NCBI RefSeq assembly: GCF_039654945.1
Contig: NW_027361844.1
Coordinates: 4,960,001 to 5,024,000 of the forward strand
Direction of reading: 5' to 3'
DNA length: 64,000 bases
Source: Dendrobates tinctorius
Taxonomy: Eukaryota
Below the pieces are notes generated by a model. That model worked only from the letters and a program-made list of their open reading frames with translations, had not been told where the DNA came from and made no database searches. This document shows, piece after piece, positions 21,543 to 32,995 of the stretch. The number at the start of each line of letters is the position of its first letter. The stretch's first letter is position 1. The position numbers and the translations under genes were made by a program.

Positions 21543-21820
21543 CCCTCTTAAAGGGATCATTGGTATGGAAGTCAGAGCAAATCCATCCAGCGCTTTGGTT
21601 TTGACCCCAGGCCTCTCTTAAAGGGATCTCCGGTATGGAAGTTAGGGTAAATCCCTCAGTGCTCTGATTCTCACCCCAGGCTTCTATTAAAGGGATCCCC
21701 AGTATGGAAGTCAGGGCAAATCCACTCAGCGCTCTGATTCTGACGCCAGGCCTATCTTAAAGGGATCCCCGGTATGGAAGTTACGACCGTTCCACTCAGC
21801 GCTCTGGTTCTGACCCCAGG
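21543..21820. repeat. ~70-bp tandem repeat, about 4 copies
   Basis: Recurring cttaaagggatc..ggtatggaagt..ccactcagcgctctg.ttctgaccccagg. Confidence 0.85.
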
Positions 21821-22622
21821 CTGATGGGATGATGTGGGATATTAGGGGTAGTAGTCCGGTGGCTCTGGCTGACGGGATGATGTGGGATATTAGAGGTAGT
21901 AGTCCGGTGGCTCTGGCTGACAGGATGATGTGGGATATTAGGGGTAGCAGTCCGGTGGCTCTGGCTGACGTGGGATATTAGAGGTAGTAGTCCGGTGGCT
22001 CTGGCTGACGGGATGATGTGGGATATTAGAGGTAGTAGTCCGGTGGCTCTGGCTGATGGGATGATGTGGGATATTAGGGGTAGTAGTCCGGTGGCTCTGG
22101 CTGACGGGATGATGTGGGATATTAGAGGTAGTAGTCCGGTGCCTCTGGCTGACGGGATGATGTGGGATATTAGGGGTAGCAGTCCGGTGGCTCTGGCTGA
22201 CGGGATGATGTGGGATATTAGGGGTAGCAGTCCGGTGGCTCTGGCTGACGGGATGATGTGGGATATTAGGGGTAGCAGTCCGGTGGCTCTGGCTGACGGG
22301 ATGATGTGGGATATTAGAGGTAGTAGTCCGGTGGCTCTGGCTGATGGGATGATGTGGGATATTAGTTGTAGTAGTCCGGTGGCTCTGGCTGATGGGATGA
22401 TGTGGTGGGATATTAAGAGTAGTAGTCCAGTGGCTCTGGCTGACGGGATGATGTGGGATATTAATGGTAGTTGTCTGGTGTCTCTGGCTGACGGGATGAT
22501 GTGGGATATTAGGGGTAGCAGTCTGGCGCCTGTGACGGGATGATGTGGGATATTAGTGGTAGTTGTCCGGTGTCTCTGGCTGACGGGATGATGTGGGATA
22601 TTAGGGGTAGTAGTCCGGTGGC
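21819..22622. repeat. 48-bp minisatellite, about 17 copies
   Basis: Unit gtggctctggctgacgggatgatgtgggatattaggggtagtagtccg; it produces the repetitive ORF 21995-22543. Confidence 0.95.
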
Positions 22623-23270
22623 ATTATAATTTGTTAGAACTAACCATAGTTAGTTACTATGCCAGGGCAGCGCCGGGCTCTTCAGCTAGTTATATTATAT
22701 ATATTCTATTTTTTTCCCGAAAGGAAATTATAATCACGACCCATACGGCTTCACTTTTGCAGGTGTGATATGCGTTTTGGGACCAAGAAATGGTCTGGAC
22801 AGACACACAGTGCTGTAACGAAGTGACGCTGAAATAACTATAAAAACAGGGGCATTAGGACCATGTGACTTAAAAGAGGTTGTTCAGGACTATTATATTT
22901 TTTTACTATGGACCTAAAAACTAACAAGTAGGTAGCTGCTAACAGAAGCAACTACCTGATTGTTCAACTCAGCACCTGCTCAAGGAGGTCACCGTCACTG
23001 ACCGCTGTTGGCGATTCAACTGCTCCATGTCAATAGAACAGCTCTTCTGGGCTGCTCTGTGGACAGGGTGACTGCCGACATCATGCCAACTGACAGCCGA
23101 CTCCTCACCGTTAGGCAGCAGTTGTCAGGCAGCATGACGTCGGCAGTCAAGCCCGTTGACAGAGCAGAGCGGAAAAGAATTCACTGCTCTGTCAATGTCA
23201 AGTCAGTGGAGATTGATAACATCTTTCTCCCTTTGTATTTTTTGTTACATTTATGTTTAGCCATGTGTAT

Positions 23271-26200
23271 CCCCTTACCAACCGTCTATACGCCTTTTAA
23301 CGGAGGTCAATAAGGGTATTATTCCTCAGCGCCGCTTATTAGCGGCGATGAGGAATAAGGGAATAGTGCTGACGAGCGGCGGCGATGTCAGCAGACACCG
23401 TGCAGTATCGGAACCAACCGGTTTTGCAACCGATCGAGGCCGATTAACCCCTTAATATCAATTGCGACAGAGGTATTTAAATTGTTACAAGGGAGTCACA
23501 AGACCCCTTAGTAACCATCGGACCCCCACGATGAGAATGGTGGGTCCCGATGGTTACCATGGTACGCTGAGGTCATGTGATGACCCCAGGCTACGGTAGC
23601 CTGTGAGATCCAGCAATAAGCTGGGGTTCACAGGCTGCGTCAGTATCAGTGAGACACTGACTGTAATCATGCACTGCTGTACATGAGTACAGCAATGTAT
23701 GAGACCAGTGATCAAAGTAAAAATTATACATGTTCCACAGTGAGAAAGTATAAAAAAAAATAATAAAAAACACACCAAATACGCCGCTTTTTCATCATAG
23801 TGACTCTCAAAAAAAGTGAAAAAGCAAATCAAAAAATTATATGTAAAAAAAAAAAAGAAATTAAAAAGCCAAATTGTCCCTCTAAAAACAAGCACTAATA
23901 TTTATCATTCATCAAAAAAATAAAGTCACAGCTCTCAATAGTACGATGCAAAAACAAATTCATTTTGCTAATATATTGTTTTTAGTGTGTAAAAATTGCA
24001 AATCATAAAAAAAAATACAGTATATAAATCCTGTATTGCACTGACCCAACGAACAAATCGGTCGTATCACTTTTCCCATATGGTGAACAGCACAAAAAAT
24101 AAAATACCGTAAAAACAAACGGAATTGCTGGGTTTTGATCATTCTGTGTCTGAAAAATTTGAATAAAAAGCGATCACAAAATATTATGCAGCCCAGCCTG
24201 GGAAATAAAAAATCTGAAACTCGTCCCACAAAAAAATAAGCCATCAAATTTGAATAAAAAGCGATCACAAAATATTATGCAGCCCAGCCTGGGAAATAAA
24301 AAAATCTGAAACTCGTCCCACAAAAAAATAAGCCATCAAACAGTTCTGTTCACCAAAAAATTAAGTTACAGCTCTCAGAATATGGCGACAAAAAACCCTA
24401 CTTTTTAAGAAAAAAAGGATTTTCTATTGTGTGATATCAGCAAAACCTAAAAACACAATTTAAATCTGGTATCGCTGTAATTGCACCGACCAGAGGAACA
24501 AATCCGCCTCACCACTTATACAGCACAAAAATTTAAATAAAAACCATTCATGTACTGCTGTCTATTTGTTCATTCTACCTCCCAAAAATCTGAATAAGCC
24601 TAGGCTTACATTTATCTTGTGCTCTCGTCGGCGTTTCCATTCCCCAGAACCGCGATTCAGACAAAACCCCAAGGAAACCACTCACTTATGCGGCAGATGG
24701 AGTCAGTTAGGACTGGTCTGTTTTCCAGCGGTGTCCCATCATTTTAGGAGTCTTTTTAGCTGACAAGTGTGGGCGTCCACAGATCTGTAACTGCTTAAAA
24801 AGATGGAGACCGCAGGAACAAACGCCAAACAGAGTATGAAGTGTCTCCATCTGCGTCATGGTGGGTGGTTCCCTTGGGGGTTTCATCTAAATCTTCATTG
24901 TGGGATTTACACGGAAACCCCAACATACGTAAGTGCTCAGCGTAGAACACAAGAATGTGATGCAGCCTTATTCTGGAAGCGATTGAATAATATAATGTAC
25001 CCCAAAATGTTACCAATAAAAACTCTAATTTATCCCACAAAAAAGCAGCCCCCACTCAGGTCCGTCATCTGTCACAGGAAATATAGGGGGTTCCCACGTA
25101 ACTGGCAGAACAAAGTCTCTGGAAAAGCGACAGCTCCCACCCTCCAAATAACATCCAGTGAACTCTGTGCTCCCAAATCCACATGCCCCCCTCCTGACCC
25201 CACTGTGTCTAACCCACAGTAAGAGGCCACATGTCTGTCATTATTGTAATGGAGAGAAGGCACTTACTTTATGGGTGTGTATCACCAGAAGCACAAGCCG
25301 GGCACAATGTAGACCTACACTGTATGGAGGCACAATGTATTCGTACTAGACTGGCAGATTTGTAATTCTTCAGAATAAAGCTTGACATGGATGTTATAAA
25401 ATAGTCATTGCAGCCGTAGGTGAATTCATTGAGAGGTGCAGTTTCTACAATGGGGTCACTTTGGGGGATTTTCTGCTGTTCTGGCACCTTCAGGGTTCCG
25501 CAAATGTCGCCCATAAACTATTCTAGCAAAATCTGCGCTCCAAAAGCCAAATAGCGCTCCTTCCTTCTCAGCCATGATGTGTGGCCGAAAACAGTAATTT
25601 CTGACAACATATGTGGCGGCACCCCATTCGGTAGAAATTGAGCAAGAAATTGTGGGGTCTAGTGTCACCTATTAACCCTTGTCTCCCTGACAAAATTGCA
25701 ACAAATTCAAAAATTACATATTTACCACTAAAATATCATATTTCCACATCTCAATGTCATAAAATTCTGTGAGGCACCTATGGGTTCAAAATACTCACTA
25801 TAGCCACAGATGAATTCCTTGAGGGGTCTAGTTTCCAAAATGGAGTCATTTGTGGGGATGTTGCGCTGCTGTTTTCACATGTCAGAGGCTCTTCAGATGC
25901 GACATTGCATTCACAAACTATCATAGTGCTCTTTCCTTTCCTAGCCCTGCCATGTGCCCAAGCAGGAGTTTTTGACCACATATGGGGTATAGTCGCATTC
26001 TGTACAAATTATACAGTCCATTTTCTATTATCCATTGTGAAAATTACAAATTTGGGGCTAAAACAACATTTTCAAATTCTGTATAGTATCTCTGGGTTCA
26101 AAATGCTCACTGTACCCCTGGATAAAATCATTGAGGGGTGTAGTTTACAAAATAGGTTGTCACTTGTGGGGTTTTTGCACTTTTTAGGCACATCAGGGGC

Positions 26201-27371
26201 TCTTCAAACACGACATGATGCCTGCAGATGGTTCCATCAAAGTCTGCATTCCAAAACATCACTCCTTCCTTCCAAGCCCTACTGTGCGCCCAAACAGTGG
26301 TTTTCCTCCACATATGGGGTATCTGCATACTCAGGAAAAATTGCACAAGTTTTTTGGTCCATTTTCTTCTGTTACCTTTGTGAAAATATAAAAAAAATGG
26401 GGCTAAAAGTACATTTTTTGTGGGTAAAATGTGATTTATTTTTATTTTCACAGGTCTGTTATAAACTTCTGTGAAGCATCTGGGGGTCCAAGGTGCTCAT
26501 GGCATATCTAGATAAGGTCCCTAAGAAGTTTAGTTTCCAAAGTGGGGTCACTTGTGGGGGGTTTCCACTGTATATACATGTCAGAAGCATTTTTGCGTTA
26601 AAAAAGTAAGACGGTGCCTCTTCCCTTCCGAGCCTTGCCGTGAGCCCAAATAGTAGTATTCCCCCACATATGGGGTAGCAGCATACGGAGTAGAAAATAT
26701 ACAACAGATTTTGGGGGTCTATTTTCTCTTGTTACTCTGGTGAAAATAATTTTGGAGCTAAAGTAAAAATTTTTGTAAAAAAAGTTAAATGTTAATTTTT
26801 CTTTCCAAATTGCTTTAGTTCCTATGAAGCACTGGAACAGGTAATAAACTTCTTGAATGTTGTTTTGAGCACCTTAAGGGGTGTAATTTTTGGAATAGTG
26901 TCACTTTGGGGGGCCTATATAAAAGAAAATACCCAAAAGTCACTTTAAATGTGAGGTGGTCCCTAAAAATTGGTTTTGTAAATTTTGGTTTAAAAATGAG
27001 AAATTGATGGTCGAATTTTAACCCTTATAACTTCCTAACAAAAAAAAAAATTATGTTTCAAAAATTGTTGTGATTTAAAAGTAGACATATGGGAAATGTT
27101 ACTGATTAACTATTTTTTGTGACATAACTGATTTAAGGGCATAAGAAGTAAAAGTTTGAAAATGGCACCATTATCAAATTTTTCACCAAATTTCCAATAT
27201 TTTCACAAATAAACGCAGGTTATATTAAAGAAATTTTACCACTGTCATGAAGTACAATATGTCATGAAAAAACAATCTTAGAATCAGTGTGATCCGCTGA
27301 AGCATTCTAGATTTATAACCACAAAGTGACACTGGTCAGAATTAAACAAATTTGGCTCGGTCACCAAGGGG
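23271..27371. mobile_element. Large non-autonomous TTAA-type (piggyBac-like) DNA element with internal repeats
   Basis: Ends CCCCTT...AAGGGG|TTAA (left TTAA decayed); repeated internal modules (ggggtcacttgtgggg, catatggggtat); ~91-bp tandem duplication 24155-24337; no transposase ORF. Confidence 0.6.
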
Positions 27372-27539
27372 TTAATGTTTGTACCAACAGAATTGTGATA
27401 CACAGGGGGCAGATTTGAAGCTGATCATGCCCCTCTCAGGTATAAGAACAGATAGAGAGTCCAAGTACCCGAAACAACTGCAGGCTAGAGTTGCGTGTCC
27501 TCCCCGTTTTTATCCTTTTATAATAAACCAGTGAAGATC

Positions 27540-27895
27540 TTAGGTTGAGTGTAGACGGACTTTTTGGCCATGCGGATTTTTCCGTGCAGAATGGAAGAAA
27601 TCCGCAGGTCAAATGACCTGCATTTTCCCTGTGGATTTCTTCCATTTTTCATGCGGTTTTCCACTGCGATATTCCCCCTGCGAATTTGGTGACAGGGGAG
27701 ATGGAAAACCGCACAAAACAAGTAGCATGCTGCGGATTTTGTACCGCGGGAAAACCGCGCGGAAAAATCTGCAGCGTCTGCACAGCGGGTTTTTTTTTAC
27801 ATTGATTTTAAGGCTACTGTACATCACAATGCGGATATGCAACATTTCTGCGCGGTAAAATCCGCTGCAAATCTGCATCATGTGCACATGGCCTT
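27540..27895. mobile_element. Harbinger-like MITE (CCGCA/TGCGG-rich family)
   Basis: Internally palindromic, ends gtgcacatggcctta, and is related to 56689-57065. Confidence 0.55.
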
Positions 27896-28569
27896 AAAGG
27901 GAACCTCTCACCTCGTTTTAATAAGAGATGCCCACTGCCTTTCGGGGCTTATGTACAGCATTCTGTAATGCTGTAGATAAGTCCCCCGAGGTAACCTGAA
28001 AGACAAGAAAAACAAGTTTTATTATACTCACCCAGGGGCGGTCCGATGGGCGTCGCAGGTCCGGCGTCTCCCATCTTCATGCGATGTCTTATCTTCCTTG
28101 CTTCGTGTCGTGGCTCCTGCGCAGGCGCACTGATCTGCCCTGCAGTACTTGGCTCTTGGTTATTTTAAATGTGAGGGGGAGTTACCAGTGTGAGACAAGT
28201 AAACACAGAACAGGAAAAATTAAATTTGTCTTCCAGCAAACACATTTTTTTGCTTTTCTCTCAGCTCTGCTGTATTTTAACAATATTACACCCTGCCTGC
28301 CTGTGAGATGGAAGGCGAGAGGAACCTGCAGATGTGTCGGGTATAATCAGAGCTCTGCAGGGAGATCAGGAGAGCGGCCATTATACATCATACTGGTAAC
28401 TTCCCCTCCATGTAAAATAACCTCTGGAGGCAGAATTATCTCCAGGCAGCATCCTCCCCAGAGCCTGGAAGAGGTCATTTACATAAAGTGATAAAGATGA
28501 TTTCTCAACAACACCACATCTGATATGAGACACCCTAAGGTGCCCTGAGTCTGTGCGTAATCACAGAGA

Positions 28570-30101
28570 CAGGGCATGTGAAAGCCATATTAGCTCCTAG
28601 TGGACTTGTAGAGGTATCCCAGGACTTCCTTGATAAGCTCTCAAATAAATAAATATATATATATTTTTTTTTTTCCCCCTCGATCCATTGGATCTTTGAG
28701 CTGGGAGGAGCCCTCAAAGGGAAAGGCTTTTTTTTTTTTTTTTTTTTTAATATATGGAGGCCTCCTTTTATGGAGGATCAGATTCTGTACGTTCTTGTGT
28801 ACAGGACACCTTCTTTGGGCTTCAGCCCAACATCTCATCCTGTACCGTGTATTTAACTTCTTCCTCCTCCACCCCTATGGTGCTCTTAACCATACTGATT
28901 AGCTCACCCACATTCTCGGAACCAAGGGATATTTCTTGTTTCCTGGTTTTAGGGGAGGACGTGGAAGAGGAACCCTCAATCTCCCTAGCGTCCTCTGAAT
29001 CCGAGGACTGAATTTCGTCTGAATCTGATTCTATAAGAGCTTTCTTCCTCCTCCTAGAGGGAGGCGGTCTGGGAGAAGTGAACCTCCTATATCATGAGGG
29101 ATTTGATGCTATCCAGGAGAGAGGGCTGCTCAGCACGAAGAACCTTTCCGTACAGGACTGGCAGAGCTTTCCCCGTATGTCGAGGGAGTCAGGCAGCACA
29201 CACTTTACACTTGTGGCTGGTTGTCATAGGGTCAGAGACCTTTTCTCCCCATATTAGAGAGAGAGAGAGATGCTACGCCATTTTAGTAAATAATGCTGGA
29301 TAGCCAGGGCCGACGCCTGCTACTTACAGTAGGAGGGGGTACGCTGGGCTCTGCCGACGCAGAGAGAGAGGGCTTGTCACCGTCCATACCGTCTACAGTC
29401 AGTGTCAGACAGGTGTCTTACCTGGTGATCTCCTCACTGGCACCTTGAAAGATCGAGGGTCCAGCGTTATTTGTGCACCTCCTCCTCCCTTTGGCCCAAT
29501 GGGGGGGACCACATGAGGACGCCCCAGAATGTGACCGCTGGTCCCAGGAGCAACGCGCCCCCCGGCACGCGCGTGCGCTCCACCGTGGAACGCATAGGGA
29601 CAGACCGGAAGTGACGCGTGCCCTTAAGCGACGCGCGCCCCAGTGGAAAGCCCAGTAACGCCCGAAGTGGAAGAACGTCACCCCCGGTCAGCGTGAGCCC
29701 CCAGGAACCGGCAGCACGGAGGAGGAAGCCGGGGAGCTATCTGGAGGACCCCAGCGCGCACATCACCGCCTCGCTTTACCCCCGAAGGAGGCGCAGGAGA
29801 GGCGGAAGAGTCCCGAGTCCCACCATGCAGGCGGAGACAGGAGCAGCCACCGGAGGAGAGCAAGGCCCCCGACCTCGGCTGTCCGGGATCTGACAGGTAT
29901 CCCAGCTGATACTGGGCGTGGGGTGCTCCCGATCACCGGCCACGGCAGCACCATCGTAGACCACTTCATGCCCCATAGGGGACAGGAAAACACTGGTGGT
30001 TGCAGGAAGGGGAGGGGTATTTAACCTTTTCCTGCTCCTGTCCCTATTAGAGCGGGGAAGACAACCTCCGATGTAGCTGTCGTGGAAGGTGACTAGAGAA
30101 A
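28570..30101 (-). mobile_element. Truncated DIRS1-type element (5' terminal repeat plus decayed gag)
   Basis: 29979-30101 parallels the 5' end of the intact DIRS (gggacaggaaaacactg...tttaacct...cctgtccct...gctgtc...gaaa); the minus strand encodes HKCKVCAA*LP...ALCQSC, homologous to the gag finger. Confidence 0.8.
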
Positions 30102-30114
30102 CAGTGATTAGAAG

Positions 30115-32995
30115 CAGGGCTGTGGAGTCGGAGTTAGTTTTGGTTGGAGTCGGAGTCAGTAGAAATGTACCGACTCCAGCTTTAAAAAAATGTATTAATA
30201 TTTCATAATTGAACTTTCATATGAATTTTATAAATGTTACTCAAATATATATGTTCTATCAAACTATGAACAACAGTGATAAGCAGTTCTGCTGGAGATA
30301 GAGACATTTCTTACTTCTTGCGTGTCACTGTTCTCCACTGCCCTTATCTAATCTTATACTTGGTTAACCTCATGCTGCCCCAACCCCCCTACTTACAATG
30401 TATGAAACTGAAAGTGAAAATGTGTTGCAAATTCTTAGTAGTAAAGCTCCTCCTCTAGACTAGATCATACTAGGTGTGTGTCTTCCAAGCATCTCACAGC
30501 TGCCTGCTACTCAGAAGAGGAAGACTGTAAGAAGTATTATCCTTTCAACAAACTTTGCATCAGTTAACTGTGAGTACATGAGGAATAATAACAGTATTAC
30601 TGGCCACTATATCAGTTGTACGACCTGACAATAATTTTGTACAATTGTTTTTAGGAAAAACAATTGTCATTTGGATTGTGAATGCAGAATTAAAAACCTG
30701 AGAATGTCAAAGAAGCATCACATTAAATCAGCTGTATTTGAACATTTCACCATCACTCAAGATAGAAAACATTATGTCTGTCAGTGTATGACAAATGATC
30801 CAGACGAAAACAAATGCTGTGAAGCCAAGATGAGTGCATATTCAGGCAAAGATAAAAATGCTCCTACCAGAGCTTCTAATCTAAAGAGACATTTACAGCG
30901 CTTTCATCCAGAAGTACTGAAAGCAGTGGATGAGAGAGACTGCATCCAAACCAATGAACCAGTGCCCAGCTCTTCCAGCCAAACAAAGGAGCAGAGAACT
31001 TTGCAGCCATCAGTGGCAAGATATTTTGTCAGTGACAAAGTTACTGTGACAATGACAGTAGATACATTTAAAAAACAGATCATAGAGCTTGTTGTAAAGG
31101 ATAGTGTGCCTATTTCATTATTTTCACGACCAGCTTTTATGTGTCTGAATGGGGAAATGGCCCGCAAGCTTGGTGTTTCTCTGGAGAGAGAGAGTATTAG
31201 AAAATTAGTAATCGAAGAAGCTTTTAAACAAAAGGAAGAACTTAAAAAAACTCTCAAGGGACGATTTCTGTTTCTTAAAATGGATGCCTGCACACGTCAC
31301 AGAGTGAACTATTTTGCCATCAATGTCCGATTTGTTTGTGACAAAAATGAAATAGTTACCAAGACATTGGCAGTAAAAGACACCAAAGCTCATCACACCA
31401 GTGAGTTTCTCCAGGTCTTGGTGGAAAAGGTTCTGCAAGACTATGAACTTAAAAAAGAGCAAGTTCTTTCTGTCGTAACTGACAATGCTTCAAATATGAT
31501 AAGTACTATTAAGCTAATGAATGAGAGTAATGATGGTGACCAGAAGCTAGAACATTCTGGGTCCAGACACAGAAATGTTTGAAATAGAGGAACACAGTAT
31601 TGTAACTGAGGAGCAAACTGAAGTTGCTTCAGATGAACAGCAACATGATAGTTTAGATGATCTTGTTGAAACTGTGTCAATATGTTCTTTCATTCATCAC
31701 ATGCGCTGTGTTGTGCATACGCTACAGCTGGCTATAAGAGACAGTCTGCAAGAAGGACATGCTGCTGCACGGATTGGCAAGGTGAGAAAATTGGCTACTG
31801 TTGCCAGAACCCCTAAAGTTGACTCAATTTTGAAAAGACGTGCTGGAAAAGGGGCAATTATTGATCAAGCCACACGATGGGGCAGTACTTACTTAATGAT
31901 TCAGCGCTTGGTTGAACTGAAAACCTTTCTTGTAGACATGGCTAACCCTCAACTGACGCTAAATGAAAGTCAGTGGAATCAGGTGACTGAGCTGGAAAAA
32001 TTGCTAGAGCACCCATTTACAGTGACTAAAAAATTACAAGCAGAGGACTTAACTCCAGGTATTTTCTTAAAGGAGTGGAAGAACCTGATGTTTCGCCTGT
32101 CCCAAAGAGGAGGGTTAATTGCAAGTGGCATTGCTACATCAATGAAACGGAGAGAGGAGCTACTATTACAAAATAACATTCTTTTGGCAGCTGTTTATGT
32201 AGACCCAATGCATCGGATTCTTCTAGATGATCAACAGCTAAGTAAAGGAAAAGAAGCTCTGTTTGAAATAGCAGTAAGGATGAAAGGGTTGCAGAACAGT
32301 CAGGAGGAACAAGAAGAATTTGGTCGTCCTGCTACATCTTCACCCTCATCATCAACTGATGAAGAATTTAATTTCGAAAAATATTTGGATCACAAGGACC
32401 GTGCAAAGCGTTCCCGATAGAAGAGTCATCCCCATCAAGGAACACAGCCAGTACATTTCAGCAGAATTTTTCATGTGCACTAAAAGAAATTGAGAAATTT
32501 GACCGTTCATCAAAAATAACAGTGCAACAAGCGATTCCTCTGTATCCTGACATTGTCAGAGATGTTGCCCGAGTGGTTACTGCTTTGCCACCAACACAAG
32601 TTAGTGTAAAGAGGTTGTTCTCTGCTCTCAAAATAATTAGATCAGATTTGAGGGCATCCATGAAGGAGGATCTGACAGAGGCAATACTTTTTCTGAGGAC
32701 AAATTTATAGATTTCTTCTTATTAACTGCATAAAAGTGTTTATTGCATATTTTCTTCCAGTTTAGAAAAGTTTATAAAAGTTATTTGCTATATTCTAATT
32801 GTATTCTAATAAATGTAGTTTTTGCTCTAAGTGGTCTGATTACTTATATGATGGTGAGAAACTGAATAAGCACGATGTTTAATATTTTACAACAGTAAAT
32901 TTGTTGTTATGAATTGGCCATTTATGAAGGAGTCGGAGCCTGATAAAATCCAGGAGTTGGAGTCGCAACTGTGGCTTACCGACTCCACAGCCCTG
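30115..32995 (+). mobile_element. Full-length hAT DNA transposon
   Basis: 17-bp TIR CAGGGCTGTGGAGTCGG/CCGACTCCACAGCCCTG; perfect 8-bp TSD ATTAGAAG (30107-30114, 32996-33003); subterminal GGAGTC repeats. Confidence 0.96.
30704..32710 (+). pseudogene. hAT transposase, disrupted
   Basis: BED finger (VFEHF..C..C..NLKRHLQRFH), KMDA, VTDNASN, RCVVHTLQL, TRWGSTY and dimerisation domain; frameshifts near 31575 and 32417; the usual ERLFS reads KRLFS. Confidence 0.92.

Larger units (their letters stand above)
21249..22689 (+). mobile_element. Non-autonomous Helitron carrying minisatellites
   Basis: 5' A|TCTCTATATATAAAA; 3' GC-rich short hairpin (ccagggcagcgccggg) followed by CTAG|T; no TSD. Confidence 0.75.

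Noticed and set aside
21995-22543. 182-aa repetitive ORF containing WD dipeptides, or a possible CRISPR-like array
   Set aside because: It is the translation of a 48-bp minisatellite. There are no unique spacers, no cas genes and no splice context, and the 16-aa period does not fit WD40
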